Positions 50,880-64,000 of a stretch of 64,000 bases of DNA are shown here, in pieces. This DNA is from Octopus vulgaris (lineage: Eukaryota). Position 1 is the stretch's first letter. Every line of letters begins with the position of its first letter. The notes under the pieces are model-generated. The model ran no database searches, was not told the DNA's origin, and worked only from the letters and a program-made list of their open reading frames with translations. The stretch is taken from contig OX597830.1 in assembly GCA_951406725.2 (NCBI GenBank), positions 59,644,001 through 59,708,000 of the forward strand. Reading direction: 5' to 3'. The position numbers and the translations under genes were made by a program.

Positions 50880-52140
50880 AGGATTTGTTCTTTACTCTCA
50901 GCTTTGGTCTTTCTTTCACATCCTTCTGCATTACTGATAACGAAACTTTCAGCTTCCTTCTCCAGCTCACAAATGATTGTTTTGCCATCCTTCACAAGTC
51001 CAATGCCAACAGGATATGCCATTGTTGATCCCGACATTTCACATCTGGTTGGAAGCATCATATACCATTGTCTCTATGTCTCGCTATTTGTCATTATTAT
51101 TTTATGCCTTTCCCCTCCTGTGTCCGCCCCGTATTTCCTCCACGATGCAACCATCAATTCAGCACTCAAGACCGAAGTCAGTCTATGCCATAAGATCAGA
51201 GAACTGCTTCGCTATCGCAAATATTGTTTGAGAACACGAACGATTCAAACCCATCCTATACCTTCCACTCAGAATTTTCGATTTCGGGTTTCTTGCCCAC
51301 CTTGTGGAAAACAACTGGGTGTGATTTGCACTGACGCTGCTGCAATATTGTTTTATTGAATCCCGTATTGATACTCAAAATTTGATAATTCCATTTGGCA
51401 TATTTTTGTGTCGTCTGGCATCGACGACAATGTCAGCAGTGTCAGCCCTACCGCCTAATATCGGCCAGAGAGGGAGATACATTGTACTCTACTCTGATGA
51501 GGAATCGTAACCTGGCTGACTCCATTCTCCACAATACTCTCCATCACAACTTCCTTTAATCCGTTGTCTTCCACACTACATTTGTCCAGTTCAGCTGTGG
51601 CATTATACAGTCCAATGTCTGTTAAGCATGGTAGAAAACCAAGCCATTCTTGAAGGAACTTTCTAGCAACACTCTCCATTCCTGTTAATAGTATTTCATG
51701 CGCTTCGAGTGGCCATAAGAGAGTCAGTAGAATGTCATATTAACACTTCTAATATCCCTATCAAACCACAATTATCGATGGCAGCAATAGTTTTATCTTG
51801 ACTTCAACAATAATACTTCTCTTGGTACCATTTAAATACTGCACAGATATGGCCCAAGCCACTCAATTACCTGCTCCGCTGGAATCAGCTCCTCTATACG
51901 CAAACCTAAATATCTGCATTTATTTCATTTTATATTTTGCTTGAGTTCATGCACACATATTTCGTATGTGTTTGAAAGCATCTTCTGATGCTCTTAATAT
52001 ATTGTTCCACTCACCACTATAATTTATTCATTTAAGGTATTCTCATTTCAGAAGTTTCGGCGTCGTTTCAATTTCTTCAGACGACGTTGGGTGATTTATG
52101 GCAAAGAACGCACAGCAGGACTTGGCTTTCATTCTTGTCT
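50880..52140 (-). pseudogene. Heavily degraded non-LTR retrotransposon, R2/HERO-like
   Basis: LWPLEAHEILLTGMESVARKFLQEWLGFLPCLTDIGLY resembles the post-RT segment of restriction-endonuclease-type LINEs. There are ELMVAxW and YPVGIG remnants further downstream. Confidence 0.45.
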
Positions 52141-53153
52141 ATTATAAGTCTATTCACATCTTGGATACTTTAGAGGAATAATAAAATCGACGCCAGTACC
52201 TGACTGTTTTATCACAAACGATAATGATGAGAGCTTTCTTATCTAAGGGCTGTATGTGGAATACGACACCGATGCCTCTTCCACGTGGTTATTCGAGCTA
52301 CGAGAAACAGCAGTCAGATCTTCAAACCACAATTTTCTATTTTAGTATGGACGGTAAAGAGAAAGAATACATTGGACAATATAGTCCAAGATAGACTGTG
52401 TTTGCACGAAAGAGGCAAGATGATCACAATTGGAATGGCTCTGATCACAAGTCTGCTCGATCAAGTTTGACCAGAGACTAAACAACCTAACAATCTGTTC
52501 AGCTGTTTCTGCTAGTTTCTTGTTGCCACTGACCACCACAAGCAGAAATTGCTGATTCACAATAATTATCAAACCCCTCATTTCTTCCCCTTCACCAATG
52601 GTTGATTCGGTCAGTTTATGTAATCTTCGTTTTCCTGTTGACTGGTTTAAGGAGTGGTGATGGAAAGGGAGCTAGACGACGAAAGATGGGGTTTATAGCA
52701 GTAGTCAGCCAATTCACAATTCGTGTGCGTGTGTAAGCGTATAACACACACACACACACATGCAGAGTGTATATCATATTTTTATATAATAGACACTTAG
52801 CTGGCTGAAACCTCCAAACATCTCCTATAAGAATAACAAATTTGTACTCTACAAGAGTACAGAGTAACCCATCAGATTAATATAAAATTGTTTTCATTAT
52901 AACTAAACGTAAAAACAAACACGTATATATATTACATTATACCCATAAACACAGACACACACACACATATATATATATATATGTTAGGTATTTACCCACA
53001 CATACACATGCATGTTTAGAAACATTTGTTTATATTCATAAATATTTGGCAAATGAAAGACGGAAGATGGAATATACACAACGATCACTATGAAAGTGAT
53101 TGTGCTTAATCAGTAAGCTACCGGGTGTAAACCATTCGATTTATTGTCTATTA

Positions 53154-53209
<56 letters not shown>

Positions 53210-53469
53210 ATAAAAAGGTAAAGGTAGAAAATGCTAAAATAATTCTATAAAAAACAATTCAGTACCGTGTTTTTTATTAAAATATTTTAGCTTTTAATTT
53301 TTTTTCTCCATATATATCAACTCGTGTGTTCCTTTTCAACCTTCTATATGTATACATACATACATACATACATATATATATAATTTACATGTGTGTGTAC
53401 ACACAATGTACATCATTGTTTTGCGACGTATCCGGTATGTTTCTAAAAAAGAGTGCTGAACGGATTTTG

Positions 53470-53515
<46 letters not shown>

Positions 53516-54597
53516 CGTATAGAACCCGTTATACAAAATAGTATATTTATAAAAAGAGAAATGAGACATCACAATAAATATTTGTCTTGGGTTTGATTTA
53601 CGTATAAATAAAGAAATTATATATATCATATATGTATGTATTTATATTTACGAATGTATATACACATCGTTATATTTGAGGATGGTCAACTCTGCCAATT
53701 AAACACACGCACTAAATATATATATATATACATACATATATACACACACACACATTCAAAAATTTAATAAAACTATCAAAAAATTTATCTCGAACCATAA
53801 TAAAAATTCTCAAGAGACTGGAGGATGCGGTGAGGTTTTTCAGAAGATATTGTGAAATTGTGAATGGACCGATGTAGTGAAAAATACGTTTGGTGTGTAA
53901 AGAGATGGTGTGGTGGTGGGGGTGAGTATGTATGAAGGAGAGATGGAAGTGTGGGGGGGTTGAAGAGAGCAATGAATGAAGAGAAAGACAAGGATAATTC
54001 AGTCTCTCCTTCTTCCTCCTCGCTGCTATCATCACCTACACCACACAATACACCCACATAGGGTAGTTCGAGGTTTCAATTTTAAATAGCACGGACTTTG
54101 CATATATAATGTGTTGACTGGCAACTTAAGTTGAATTTACTGTCTCTCTCCCTTCCTTCCACCCTACGTCTCTTATTCTCCTGTCCTTCATCTCTCAGTC
54201 TCTCTATCTCTCACTCTGTGTGTCTCTCTCTTTCTCTTCCTCTTCTACATCTTCTAGCGTCAGTGTGGGTGTAAGGGTATGTGTCTGATGGCTGTGTTTC
54301 TGTTTTTGCACTTTAAATAGTAGTTGTAGTAGGATCATGCGTGTGTGCGCACGTTCGAGCCGAGTGTGTGTATTAATGTGTGTGTGTGGAAATACGAGGT
54401 ACATGTGAGTGTGCGCGCTACATGTATCAAATTTCATGTGTGTGTGTGTGTGTGTGTGTGTGTGCCGGTCTGTTGATAAATATGCATGGCTAAATACCTT
54501 CATGTGCTCATGTGTCCGGATAGTTCTGTGTTAAGTGAAATGTGTGTGCTCTAACGATAAGTATATGTAGTTTTAAGAGAGATACATACATACACAA

Positions 54598-54643
<46 letters not shown>

Positions 54644-56660
54644 AAAATCCGTTAACGTGTAGTGTGTATTTGTCTGATCTGTGTGTGTGTGTGTGTGTGT
54701 GTCCATGTGTGTGGATAAATTGATTTTTTTTTTTTATATGGCATTGTGCAAATGCGTTTAATCGTCTCCGAGTAGCTGTTTACGTGTGTGAATGTCTCCC
54801 TATCTAGACTAGAGTCTACTCACTTGAGTATGTCTGCGCTGTGTATGTATGGCTGTGAGAATTTCTCTTGGTATGTGTCTCCGTGTCCATGAATGTACGA
54901 ATGGGTAGCGCCAGGTTGTGTGGTGTTTGGTGAATCTGCTATGTCTCTCTTCTACGTCCATGTGTTTGTGTATGGTTAAGTAGATGTCTAGGTGTGTATG
55001 TACTATGTGAATGGTGTACATGTCTGCGATAGGAGTCGGGTAGTTTTGGGTTGTGTGTGTGTCTGTGTGTGTTATCCGACTATAAAGTATGAAGGAGATA
55101 GGTTTGAAAGAGAAGCTGAAAGGAATAAAAATTTAGAAAAATCAGCATTTTAAATTTTTCACACACAGAGACTACTACAAAGTTATAGTTTTGTATTGTC
55201 AAGAATTTGTGTACACAGACACACACGTGTGTGTGTATGTGTATGTGTGTAAATGAGCTAAGTGAAATAACTCAATAGTGTGCGTGTGTGTGTAATATAT
55301 ATAATGAACACAAATATAGGTATATCAAGTAAATTTTTGATTTATTAAAACATATCTCTGTAGAGGATGTGTCTCAATTATCAAATGACAATTGAATACA
55401 GACGTCTACCTGTGGTAAGGTGTGTAGAAAGAAAAGAGATATTTTCATTCATCTTAGAGAATAAAATTTAACTAAATATTATCCGTACTGAATCTGAAGG
55501 AAGCACTCAAACACGCCGAAATACCGAAGGAATAAATAAATAGCTGTGTATAGATGCAAAGTGTAAAGGGTGGATGCCAGGTCGTGCTTAGACAGACAAT
55601 ATACTACGTATGTGAGGTCATTTTTAGACAAATACCTAAATATACTGGGGGCGATGGGGGGAGCATTGCATATATACAAAATGTTGAGTCGTTTTAATAT
55701 CTATAAACTTGTATATATGTAAGTATGTATGTATGCATGTATTAATATATATACAACTATGTGGGTAAAGTACTGTGTATATAAGGATATATGGTTTCGT
55801 AAAGGAAAAAGTGAAAAGCCCACAAGGTCCAAGCCATCGACACAACGTTTTCCTTCTGACCAACCCAATGTTTTTTGTTTTACTTTTAAAATTTAATTTG
55901 ACCAATGTGGTTTAGTTTGTAAACGTTTTGGTGAGTGACCAATTAAGACAATATGACCCATGTTTACCATGGCACAATACCAATGGTTACTTCATGACAC
56001 ATGCTGCTCAAAACTTTAGGACAACTTGCTAAAAGTCTGGAGTAAATAATATATTAAACACATTTCAAATGGTTGAAATTCTGCAGAACTAACGGAGAAT
56101 AGCTAACGATCAGCGAAATAATATGAATTAGGAAAAATCAGAAAGAATTAGAGAAAATATCAGAAATATACTTTAAAAAAAAAAAGTAAAAGAAATTATA
56201 AAAGGTAAAAATTAAAGTAATATTGAATTAATCAACAAGGAAATGATTTTAAAATAACAGAAATAGTAATAAAAAAAATCGGATAAAAGATAAATGATCG
56301 AAATTATGTAAGAAATAATAAAGAAAATAGTGTTTTGTTTTTTTAAGGAAAGAAACGGTAAAAAAATCAACAGGAAAGTATGAAAAAATGAAGAATGAAG
56401 AATTCAACAAGGAAAATGGTAAGAAGAATAGAGTAACAGTAAAAAAAGACCAACAGAAGAAAAATTATTTGAAAATGAGAAAAGGCATGTTTGATAAAAA
56501 GCTAGAGATGGCAAAAGTATTTGCAGAGCAACATTAGAAGTTATATCATTAATAAAACACGTGTTCATATTATTAGCAATCAGTGAGTGGTTTCTGGTCA
56601 GAAGTGTCTCTGGCCAAACTGACCTTTGAGACATATGTGGATATGTTTGAATGTGTGGTG

Positions 56661-56695
<35 letters not shown>

Positions 56696-57116
56696 GGGGG
56701 AAAAGACTTTCGTAGTAAAGACAATTATTCACTTGACCTCCACTATGTATGTGTGTGTGTGTGTGTGTGTACGTACATACATACATATATGTGCGTGTCT
56801 GAGTAGGAATACATGTGTGTATATATACTTAGTATATATAATGTATATACATAAGATATATAACTATATATATATTATATTATATAAAGAAATCATGCAT
56901 GCAGTACACCAACAAAACAGCAGTGGTACAAAATACAAACGGCTATTATACATATATACATAGTTATGGACAGGTGGTTGCCGATCACCAAGTATATACA
57001 TATATGTATACACACACACACATACATGCATACATACATAAACTGTATACATATATATATATACATATATATATTATATATATATATACACATAAGTTAA
57101 ACAGATCTACCCTTAC

Positions 57117-58286
57117 CTTGAAGCTGCTGGGTGAAGGGGGGTCAACTGGTTTGGCGGCCGTGCGTTTATAAAGAAGCGCATGGCATAGTCTTTCGGCATC
57201 TGTTTTGGTGATGAGTCCACAACTGGCCGTCCTACATGGTAAAATCCCAGCTGCAACGAATGTTTCCAGTTGTTCAGGGCTACATCGAGCACAGAAGATA
57301 TGAAGTTCGTCACAGACGGAGTTGATTTGAGTCAAGTTGAAATGTCTGAGGACTGAATTGAGGATTTGGGGTAAACATAGACGTTTTTCACCACCGATAA
57401 TGAAACAAGCAATCCTTTCATTTTCTAAAATAGTTTCCGAACGTTCAGCATAAGAATCGTAAGGTGTAAAGACAGGCATCTGTTGGATGGGATAAGGAGG
57501 TGGAGATCTGAATGGATCAAATTCCAAACCTTTTTCTGAAGGTAGCTTGGTGCTGTTACTACTACCACTGCTACTGCTGGTGGAGTTGACGACGTTTGCC
57601 GACGAAGCAGTAGCGACAACGCTACTCATGGCCTTACTCCGATGGGTTCGATACACAAAGACCTCTTCGTCGTCGAAGCCAGAAGGCCTGGACGGAGGTC
57701 TGGTTCCAGACACAACCACAGCCGGGGTAGACGTGGCCGCGGGCACAACTCCAGCCTCACCGGCGGCCACTGGTGGGGAGAGAGGAGAACTTGCACGGCT
57801 GCTTCTATTACTGCTGGTACTCCCACTGGTACTTCCAGCTCCTCTGTCGCCGCCGCCGACGCCGCCGCTGCTGCTGTTGTTGTTCTTGTTGCTGTTGTAG
57901 ATTTTGCTGCTGCTACTACTACTATTGCTGTCTTTCTCGTTGTGGTGGTAGTGGTTGTTATTGCTGTTGTTGGTAGTGGTAGTACTCGGATTACTACAAA
58001 TAACAGCAGTACTACCACCACTACTACTAGTCGTCAAGGAGGGAGAGATCTCGCCCGGGTGGTGGAGATTCTGGTGTGGTCCCACCGAATACAATTCGAC
58101 CAAGGTGGGTGATGTAGTAGTCAGCAGCCCCCCACCGTCGTCGCCTCCAGCCAGGCTGGTGTCGTAGGGGTCAGTTGACCCTACAATAGCATCTGGACCG
58201 CACAAACTTCTGATGGCACTGTTCTGATAGTGTTTCAGCACCCTTTGGATGTGAGGGCTCACACGGTGGGATGGACGCAATGCCAT
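57117..58286 (-). CDS. SKI: Ski/SnoN-family transcriptional co-repressor, first coding exon (390 codons): R-Smad-binding motif, low-complexity linker, Ski/Sno (DHD) domain
   Basis: [21 protein letters not shown] resembles the vertebrate SKI R-Smad-binding segment (LQKTLEQFHLSSMSSLGGP). [30 protein letters not shown]...[18 protein letters not shown] is the Ski/Sno domain. The exon ends at a consensus donor AAG|GTAAGG (57117/57116), 1170 nt, phase 0. The remaining 43 aa of the 433-aa ORF are intron read-through into microsatellite. Confidence 0.96.
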
Positions 58287-58688
58287 CCACCGGCTAGAGT
58301 TAAAAATTCAATAGAAATCCAGTCTACCAATTAAGACCACAGCTTCGTTAGCAGCGTACCGGGTTCGGATTTCGGGTGGGGTTTTAGTATTCGCTCGCTA
58401 TAGTACTGTTTAGTTGGTAATGGTGTGTTGTTAGTGGCCTTCCTTTAGTCCTACTGACGAAGTGGTAGTCTTTTAGTTTGTTGTTCTTGTTAGCGGTGTT
58501 GAAGTTGGTATCGTAGTAGTTGCTCAGTTGGTGCTCGTACTAGTTTTAAGTATTAGTGTTGCCGTTCAGACGATCTGTTTAAGCGTGTGTGTGTGTGTGT
58601 GTGGCTGAGTCTTCTTCTTTCTTGTATAATGACTACTGTTGTTTTTGTTGCAGTTACTGCTGTTGTTGCTACTTGCCAGTCGGACTGA

Positions 58689-59495
58689 CTGAAGATCGTA
58701 GACGAGAAACGAGAGAGAGAGAGAGAGATAGGTAGACAGAAACGGGAAGGGAGACACAGGCAGACAGAGACGGGAAGGGGTGGCAGAACGGTGAGGCAGA
58801 CAGAAAGGGAGAGGGACATAGAGAGAGATATATATGAGTGTGTGTGTATGTTGAGATAGAGAGGGAGATAGATAGATAGGGAGGATAGGGAGGGAGATTA
58901 AACAGAGAGGAAGGGAGATCTGCAGCCAGACAGAAGGGATAGTCAGCCAGAGTGAGTGAGTGAGAAGAAAGAGAGTGAAAGAGAAAGGAGGGTAGGTAGA
59001 CAAACAGGGAGTGGAAGGACAGACAGAGATAAGTCGAGACACAGAAAGAGAAGACAGGCTTGAATAAACAGACAGAGAGAGTTAAGACACAAATAGATGG
59101 TAGACAAAGTGGTGGTGGTGCGGGGGGGTAAAAGCTAACAAAGAGAGGAGATGTAGACTGACAGACGGAGGGGAAAAGGAAGAGAAGGAGTAGAGGCTTA
59201 GTCAGAGTGAGAAAGATATAGCGGGGGGGATAGACTGAGGGAGGCGGTATGCAGACAGAAAGAAGAAGAAAGAGGAGACTAAGATAAACAGATAGATATA
59301 GAGAGGGGAGGAAGAAAGAGAAAAGAAGGAGAGTAGACAGAGGTAGTAAGTAGACAGACAGAGAGAGTAGAGTCTATGTGAGATAGACAGAAAGAGAAAA
59401 AAGAGTAAGAAGGCTTTTAAAACTCGTGTACAACTTCCCTCACTCACTTTCTACTCTTCCTTTCTCCATATCGGTTTATCTACACTCACACTCAC
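58689..59495 (-). other. Probable 5'UTR intron of Ski (807 nt)
   Basis: Donor GAG|GTGAGT at 59496/59495. A long pyrimidine tract ends in TCTACGATCTTCAG at 58689. The ~400 nt from 58688 to the start codon contain no ATG; the first upstream ATG (58819) falls inside the predicted intron. An alternative acceptor CTGCAG lies at 58920. Confidence 0.55.
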
Positions 59496-61656
59496 CTCTA
59501 CGCACTCATATCTCTCTCTACTATACACACATATACTGTCTGGATTGCAGCGTGTGTGTAAAATGTTAATTAGTTTATCGTTTTAATTATTTTTTTTTAG
59601 TAATATCTTTGTTGGTTTGGTGTCTCGGTTGGTTGTTAGTTCTTGTTGCTGTAGTTGCTCTCATATATTTGTTGCTTGGTAGATGTTGTAATTGTGTTGG
59701 CTACTACTAGAGTTACTGATGTTATTTAATTCCAAGCCAGTCCCCTGATATGTTATAGCTGTGACCTCGTCATTTTGTAATGTAGGGCTATATGGTCCGG
59801 TGTAAAAAAAAACACCCACAAAAGACAATAATAGTGAGGCACGATTTAATGGAATTTCGTAGTAATTCTTGTAAGCCGAGCGACTTACAGGCTCCTTTGG
59901 TTGCCGGTACAATTAAAACTTCTATCTAAATACTTGTTAGTACTGTTTGTGAGTGAGCGATGTCTGGTGCCTCGATGTCCGTGTGCGCTCGTAGAATTGT
60001 TTTTAACAACTTACTATTGTACAAGACTTGTACATATCAATATAGTGTCTTTGCTATAACAAGTCATATAAATTCAACTAATTTGTCAAATATTACTCCA
60101 ATACACTTGTTTGAGTATTTATAGGGATATATAAAGATACTGAATTATATGTTTAACGGTATCGATGTAGATGATCCTAGTTAAATTATAAAGTCAATCG
60201 AGATATTACAACAAAAATAGGGTCATCTTAATGTAGTGATCAGTAATTTCTTTATAACAAATTTGCCATCATGTATTAAACTTGTGGGTCGCTAATGTAA
60301 AGTACTACTTAAGTACTGGATTCAATTTCATCGATTGTGCCATTGCCCACAGTTTAAGGTTTTGTGCCTAATTGAGAAATGTTTACCAAAGATGGTGAAT
60401 GTGTAACGTCGCATATTACCACTTGAACCTTGTGCCCTGGTCCAGTTTCCTCTGGCCGGATTGAAGCATCTGTTCTTTAGTTTCTTGTGGAAGAGATGCG
60501 TCTCACTGTGGCCAACATCCTGTGTTTGGAAGGCTGTGTGTGCCGTGTTTGATGATGCAAGCTGAATCTGTGATTTAGCAGAGAATTCACGAGAGCGAAC
60601 ATATGTCGTTTCCGTTTGTCAGACATGTCTTTCTACAGTCTGTCTCTGTGACAATGCTGTAATCCTATGACAAACAGCGATCAAAATTGAGTTTGAGGCA
60701 TCTAAAATGTTGTCAGGCTCAAATAGCCCTCCACTTGTTGAACAACGCGACCTGTGGAACTTCCATATCAGTTTTCTAAAGAGGTTTAGTGGTGAATAAG
60801 AGAGATAACGTTATCGAAGATATTCTGAGTATTAACGAAAATGAACTGTCTCGTCAGTGCCAGAGGACTTTTAGATCGTTGACTTTGGCTAATATCTAGA
60901 CATTCCTAGACCAGCATTGATACCAAGAAACATTGCCTGCTCGAGATATCTCTACAGGAATGGAAGGGTTGTCAGTTGGGCCTGCTTGCAGAGCGTTGTA
61001 ACCGTTCTGGACGCACACGTAAACTATCCTACCTTGTGAGATTATGTCGAACAGCTATCATTATGTGCAAGACGTTTACAGCAACCAGCTGAACCTACCG
61101 TTGCCTTCCTTTCGCAAAGAAGGCACTGGGTTTTTTCTCTGTTTACTAAGGCGAACTAGGACGGAAAGCAGATGCTTTCTTCTTTTGGCTTAGATTTTTT
61201 CAAGTTCCATTTGGAGAGAAAGACTAGTGAAGAGCTACTTTACAATAAATTTATTGCGAACGGGTGACGTTGTCGAGTATGACCCGAATCCAAGGTCCTA
61301 TTCGCAGCCTGCATCTCGTAGGCCAAGGGAGAGAACCCTCACCCTTGGTACTCACTGTAATTCTGGTTTTGTACTTTTCCTTCATAGACTCGAAATGGTT
61401 TTGTATCCAACTCTGTGAGACCTTTCTCTATTTGGCATTGTAATATTTGTTGTTGTTGTTCTTGCTATGGTGGTGGCACCTTCTTTTCACTCGATGTAAC
61501 CCCTTACTGTTTTCTTTTTCGCCCTAGTACTGTCCCCAACTTCTTGGGGATCTTGGGGCCAATAAAAGAAACCGTTATCAGTTTCTTTTCCAGCTTAAAA
61601 ACGAGATGGACGAAAGTGATGGTATGTATGGTTGAGTTTTAGAGGCTTTTTGATAT

Positions 61657-61775
61657 GGTGATGGTGGTGGTAGTGGCGGTAATGGTGGTGGTGGTGGTGG
61701 TGGTGGTGGTGGTGGTGGTGGTGGTGGTGGTGGTGGTGGTGGTGGTGGTGGTGGTGGTGGTGGTGGTGGTGGTGT
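61657..61775. repeat. (GGT)n trinucleotide tract
   Basis: Seen directly. Nearby tracts: (GA)n 61923-62007, (CA)n 62351-62427, (GATA)n 62507-62580 and ~62943-63022. Confidence 0.95.
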
Positions 61776-61918
61776 AGCTGTGTTGGTGTTTGAGCTGTGA
61801 TTGTAGTTGTTTCTGTTGTTAGAAATAGTGTTGTTTCACTGCCGATTCCTTTCTGTCTTTGGCAAGATTCCAACCTAATTCACATACACTGCTGCATTCA
61901 CACGAGCAAGTGCATCGG

Positions 61919-62009
<91 letters not shown>

Positions 62010-62346
62010 GTTCAGATATTACTATAGTTGAGGTTATATACACAAAAATGTATATCACCACACACACACACACACACATAAATATTACACACACATATAT
62101 ATACACAAACACATAGTGTACTAGTGTTCATAAACACAGACACATGCATACAATAATTTCATTATATATTTTGTATGTGTGTGTGCGTGTGTATGCAAGT
62201 ACACGCATCAGTTCATAAAATGCGTATGCGGGTGCTTACACAACTACCTGTATAGTTTCGTACCCATACCACACTTGTATATACCACTAATTTCTGTATA
62301 TACCCCTAAGTTCTGTCAGACAGCTTACATGTGTGTTATAAGCACA

Positions 62347-62429
<83 letters not shown>

Positions 62430-62506
62430 TACCAACATTACAATGTGGCCTGTTGAATTTCTGTGTGATTGTACAGATAATCTACGATATAGCGCGTATA
62501 TAGATC

Positions 62507-62581
<75 letters not shown>

Positions 62582-62589
62582 TGGGGCTA

Positions 62590-62745
62590 CGTCGGTTACG
62601 ACGAGTGTTCGAGTTGAACCGATCAACGGTACAGCCTGCTCGCGAAAGTGGCTGAGCACTCCACAGACACGCGTATCCTTAGCGTATAGTTCTCTGAGAT
62701 TCAGCGAGTCACAATGTGACAAATACAGGTACTACACATTTTTAC
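62590..62745. mobile_element. SINE body fragment related to 47380-47500
   Basis: AAGTGGCTGAGCACTCCACAGACACGCGTATCCTTAGCGTA...GAGATTCAGC. Confidence 0.65.
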
Positions 62746-62914
62746 CATGTACATACATACATCTATGAGTAAGTGTATATGTGTGTATATATGTGTGTGT
62801 ATGTGTGTGTGTATACACCCGTCTACACTACTTATTTTATCTTATTCGCTGAACAATTTTTCAGTTTATTCACTATTTACACTGAGAGAAAGAGAGAGGG
62901 AGAGAGACAGAGAT

Positions 62915-63022
<108 letters not shown>

Positions 63023-63379
63023 CTCTGCGCGCCGCGTGTGCGTGTGTGTACAGACTACACTTCACCGTACCACTCCACTGCACCATCCATCCTGCCGGTT
63101 CCGTCTGATGACCGGCCGCCTTCTCTTGAGTAGTCTGTCTAAAACTGCCTTGTCTTCACTACGCTAACTCACATTCTATCACTACTCTACACTCACATAT
63201 ATGTTCTTCTCGTTAAATACATAGCCACTCAATTGTCTCTCTTTCTCTGTCTCTGTCTGTCTGTCTCTGTCTCTCTCTTTCTCTGTAAACCATTTTAATC
63301 GCTGTTCTTCCACACACACATACATAAATGCGTATGTGTGTGTATTTTTACATGTGTATGTATATATATATATATATCC

Positions 63380-63429
63380 ACAATTTCATATGACACCGCT
63401 AGAAAAACTGTCGTTCAAACCGAAAAGAT

Positions 63430-63431
<2 letters not shown>
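63380..63431 (-). mobile_element. Terminal fragment of the 19123-19529 element family
   Basis: CAATTTCATATGACACCGCTAGAAAAACTGTCGTTCAAACCGAAAAGATCC is the near reverse complement of 19123-19174. Confidence 0.8.
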
Positions 63432-63473
<42 letters not shown>

Positions 63474-63636
63474 TATATATGTGTGTGTATAGAGCAAGGC
63501 GGAATCATTAGAATCTGAGGTGGTCTAGTATTAAAACATGCAATGAGTACCCTCTTTTTCTGTCACATATACCAAATGTGTGTGTGTGTTTAAATATAAT
63601 TTGTAATTGTCTGTAGACAGGTAGATAAGATAGAAA

Positions 63637-63673
<37 letters not shown>

Positions 63674-63865
63674 GGTAGAGAGAGAGTGAAGTACGTTGTT
63701 TGACACACACACACATATACACACACGTGTCTAACACCCTCTTCTACTTCAACCTTCTGTCTCCATACTTTTGCTCACATATAGTTATGTACGTTTACAT
63801 TGCTGCTGTTTTTTTTTCTCTCCTACACATCACTGCTTCAACTTAGACACTCAGACACGCACTGA

Positions 63866-63912
<47 letters not shown>

Positions 63913-64000
63913 TGCCAAACATACACACACCTACGCACAATAGCCTGTTTATTACAGCACAATTCTGTTTTCCGCACATACATGTATCGGTATATAGAAG

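Larger units (their letters stand above)
3160..57116 (-). other. 53,957-bp GT-AG phase-0 intron of the Ski gene
   Basis: Joins the two exons in frame with no homologous residues missing. No other Ski-like coding segment was seen in between. Confidence 0.88.

Noticed and set aside
38-56963. The many 60-170-aa ORFs rich in YI/CV/HT/RE dipeptides
   Set aside because: They are translations of (TA)n, (CA)n and (GA)n microsatellites or of SINEs, with no protein signal.
56985-57116. C-terminal 43 aa of the 433-aa ORF
   Set aside because: Read-through past a consensus donor into intronic microsatellite; homology resumes at 3159.
57113-58167. Overlapping antisense and alternative-frame ORFs within exon A
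   Set aside because: By-products of trinucleotide-rich, stop-poor coding sequence.
61595-61873. Poly-His ORF
   Set aside because: A (CAC)n microsatellite with no flanking domain.

Overview
Eukaryotic, AT-rich DNA densely packed with microsatellites and SINEs. The repeat landscape looks like a coleoid cephalopod, probably Octopus (inference, not a database result). One protein-coding gene spans the window on the minus strand: a Ski/SnoN-family Smad co-repressor. Coding exon A (58286-57117) carries the R-Smad-binding motif and the Ski/Sno DHD domain. It splices across a 53,957-bp phase-0 intron to coding exon B (3159-2866, SAND-like Smad4-binding domain), which the ORF track misses. The gene continues beyond the left edge, and a probable 5'UTR intron lies at 59495-58689. 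The introns hold about six SINE-like families, a Helitron, Tc1/pogo/hAT/piggyBac-type MITEs, mariner and non-LTR relics, and long palindromes. Most notable observations: (1) the exon B acceptor has A28 where the polypyrimidine tract should be, plus a 446-nt AG-free zone with a distant branch-point/pyrimidine-tract signature, on a frame-preserving exon encoding the whole Smad4-binding domain; (2) several hammerhead-ribozyme motifs in short Penelope-like inserts, two with intact catalytic cores in the sense of the Ski pre-mRNA; (3) an exact GRCGNC-N5-GTCTG BMP-Smad element in a CpG-rich intronic island; (4) a 270-bp near-perfect palindrome. No prokaryotic-type system (CRISPR, operon) is present.
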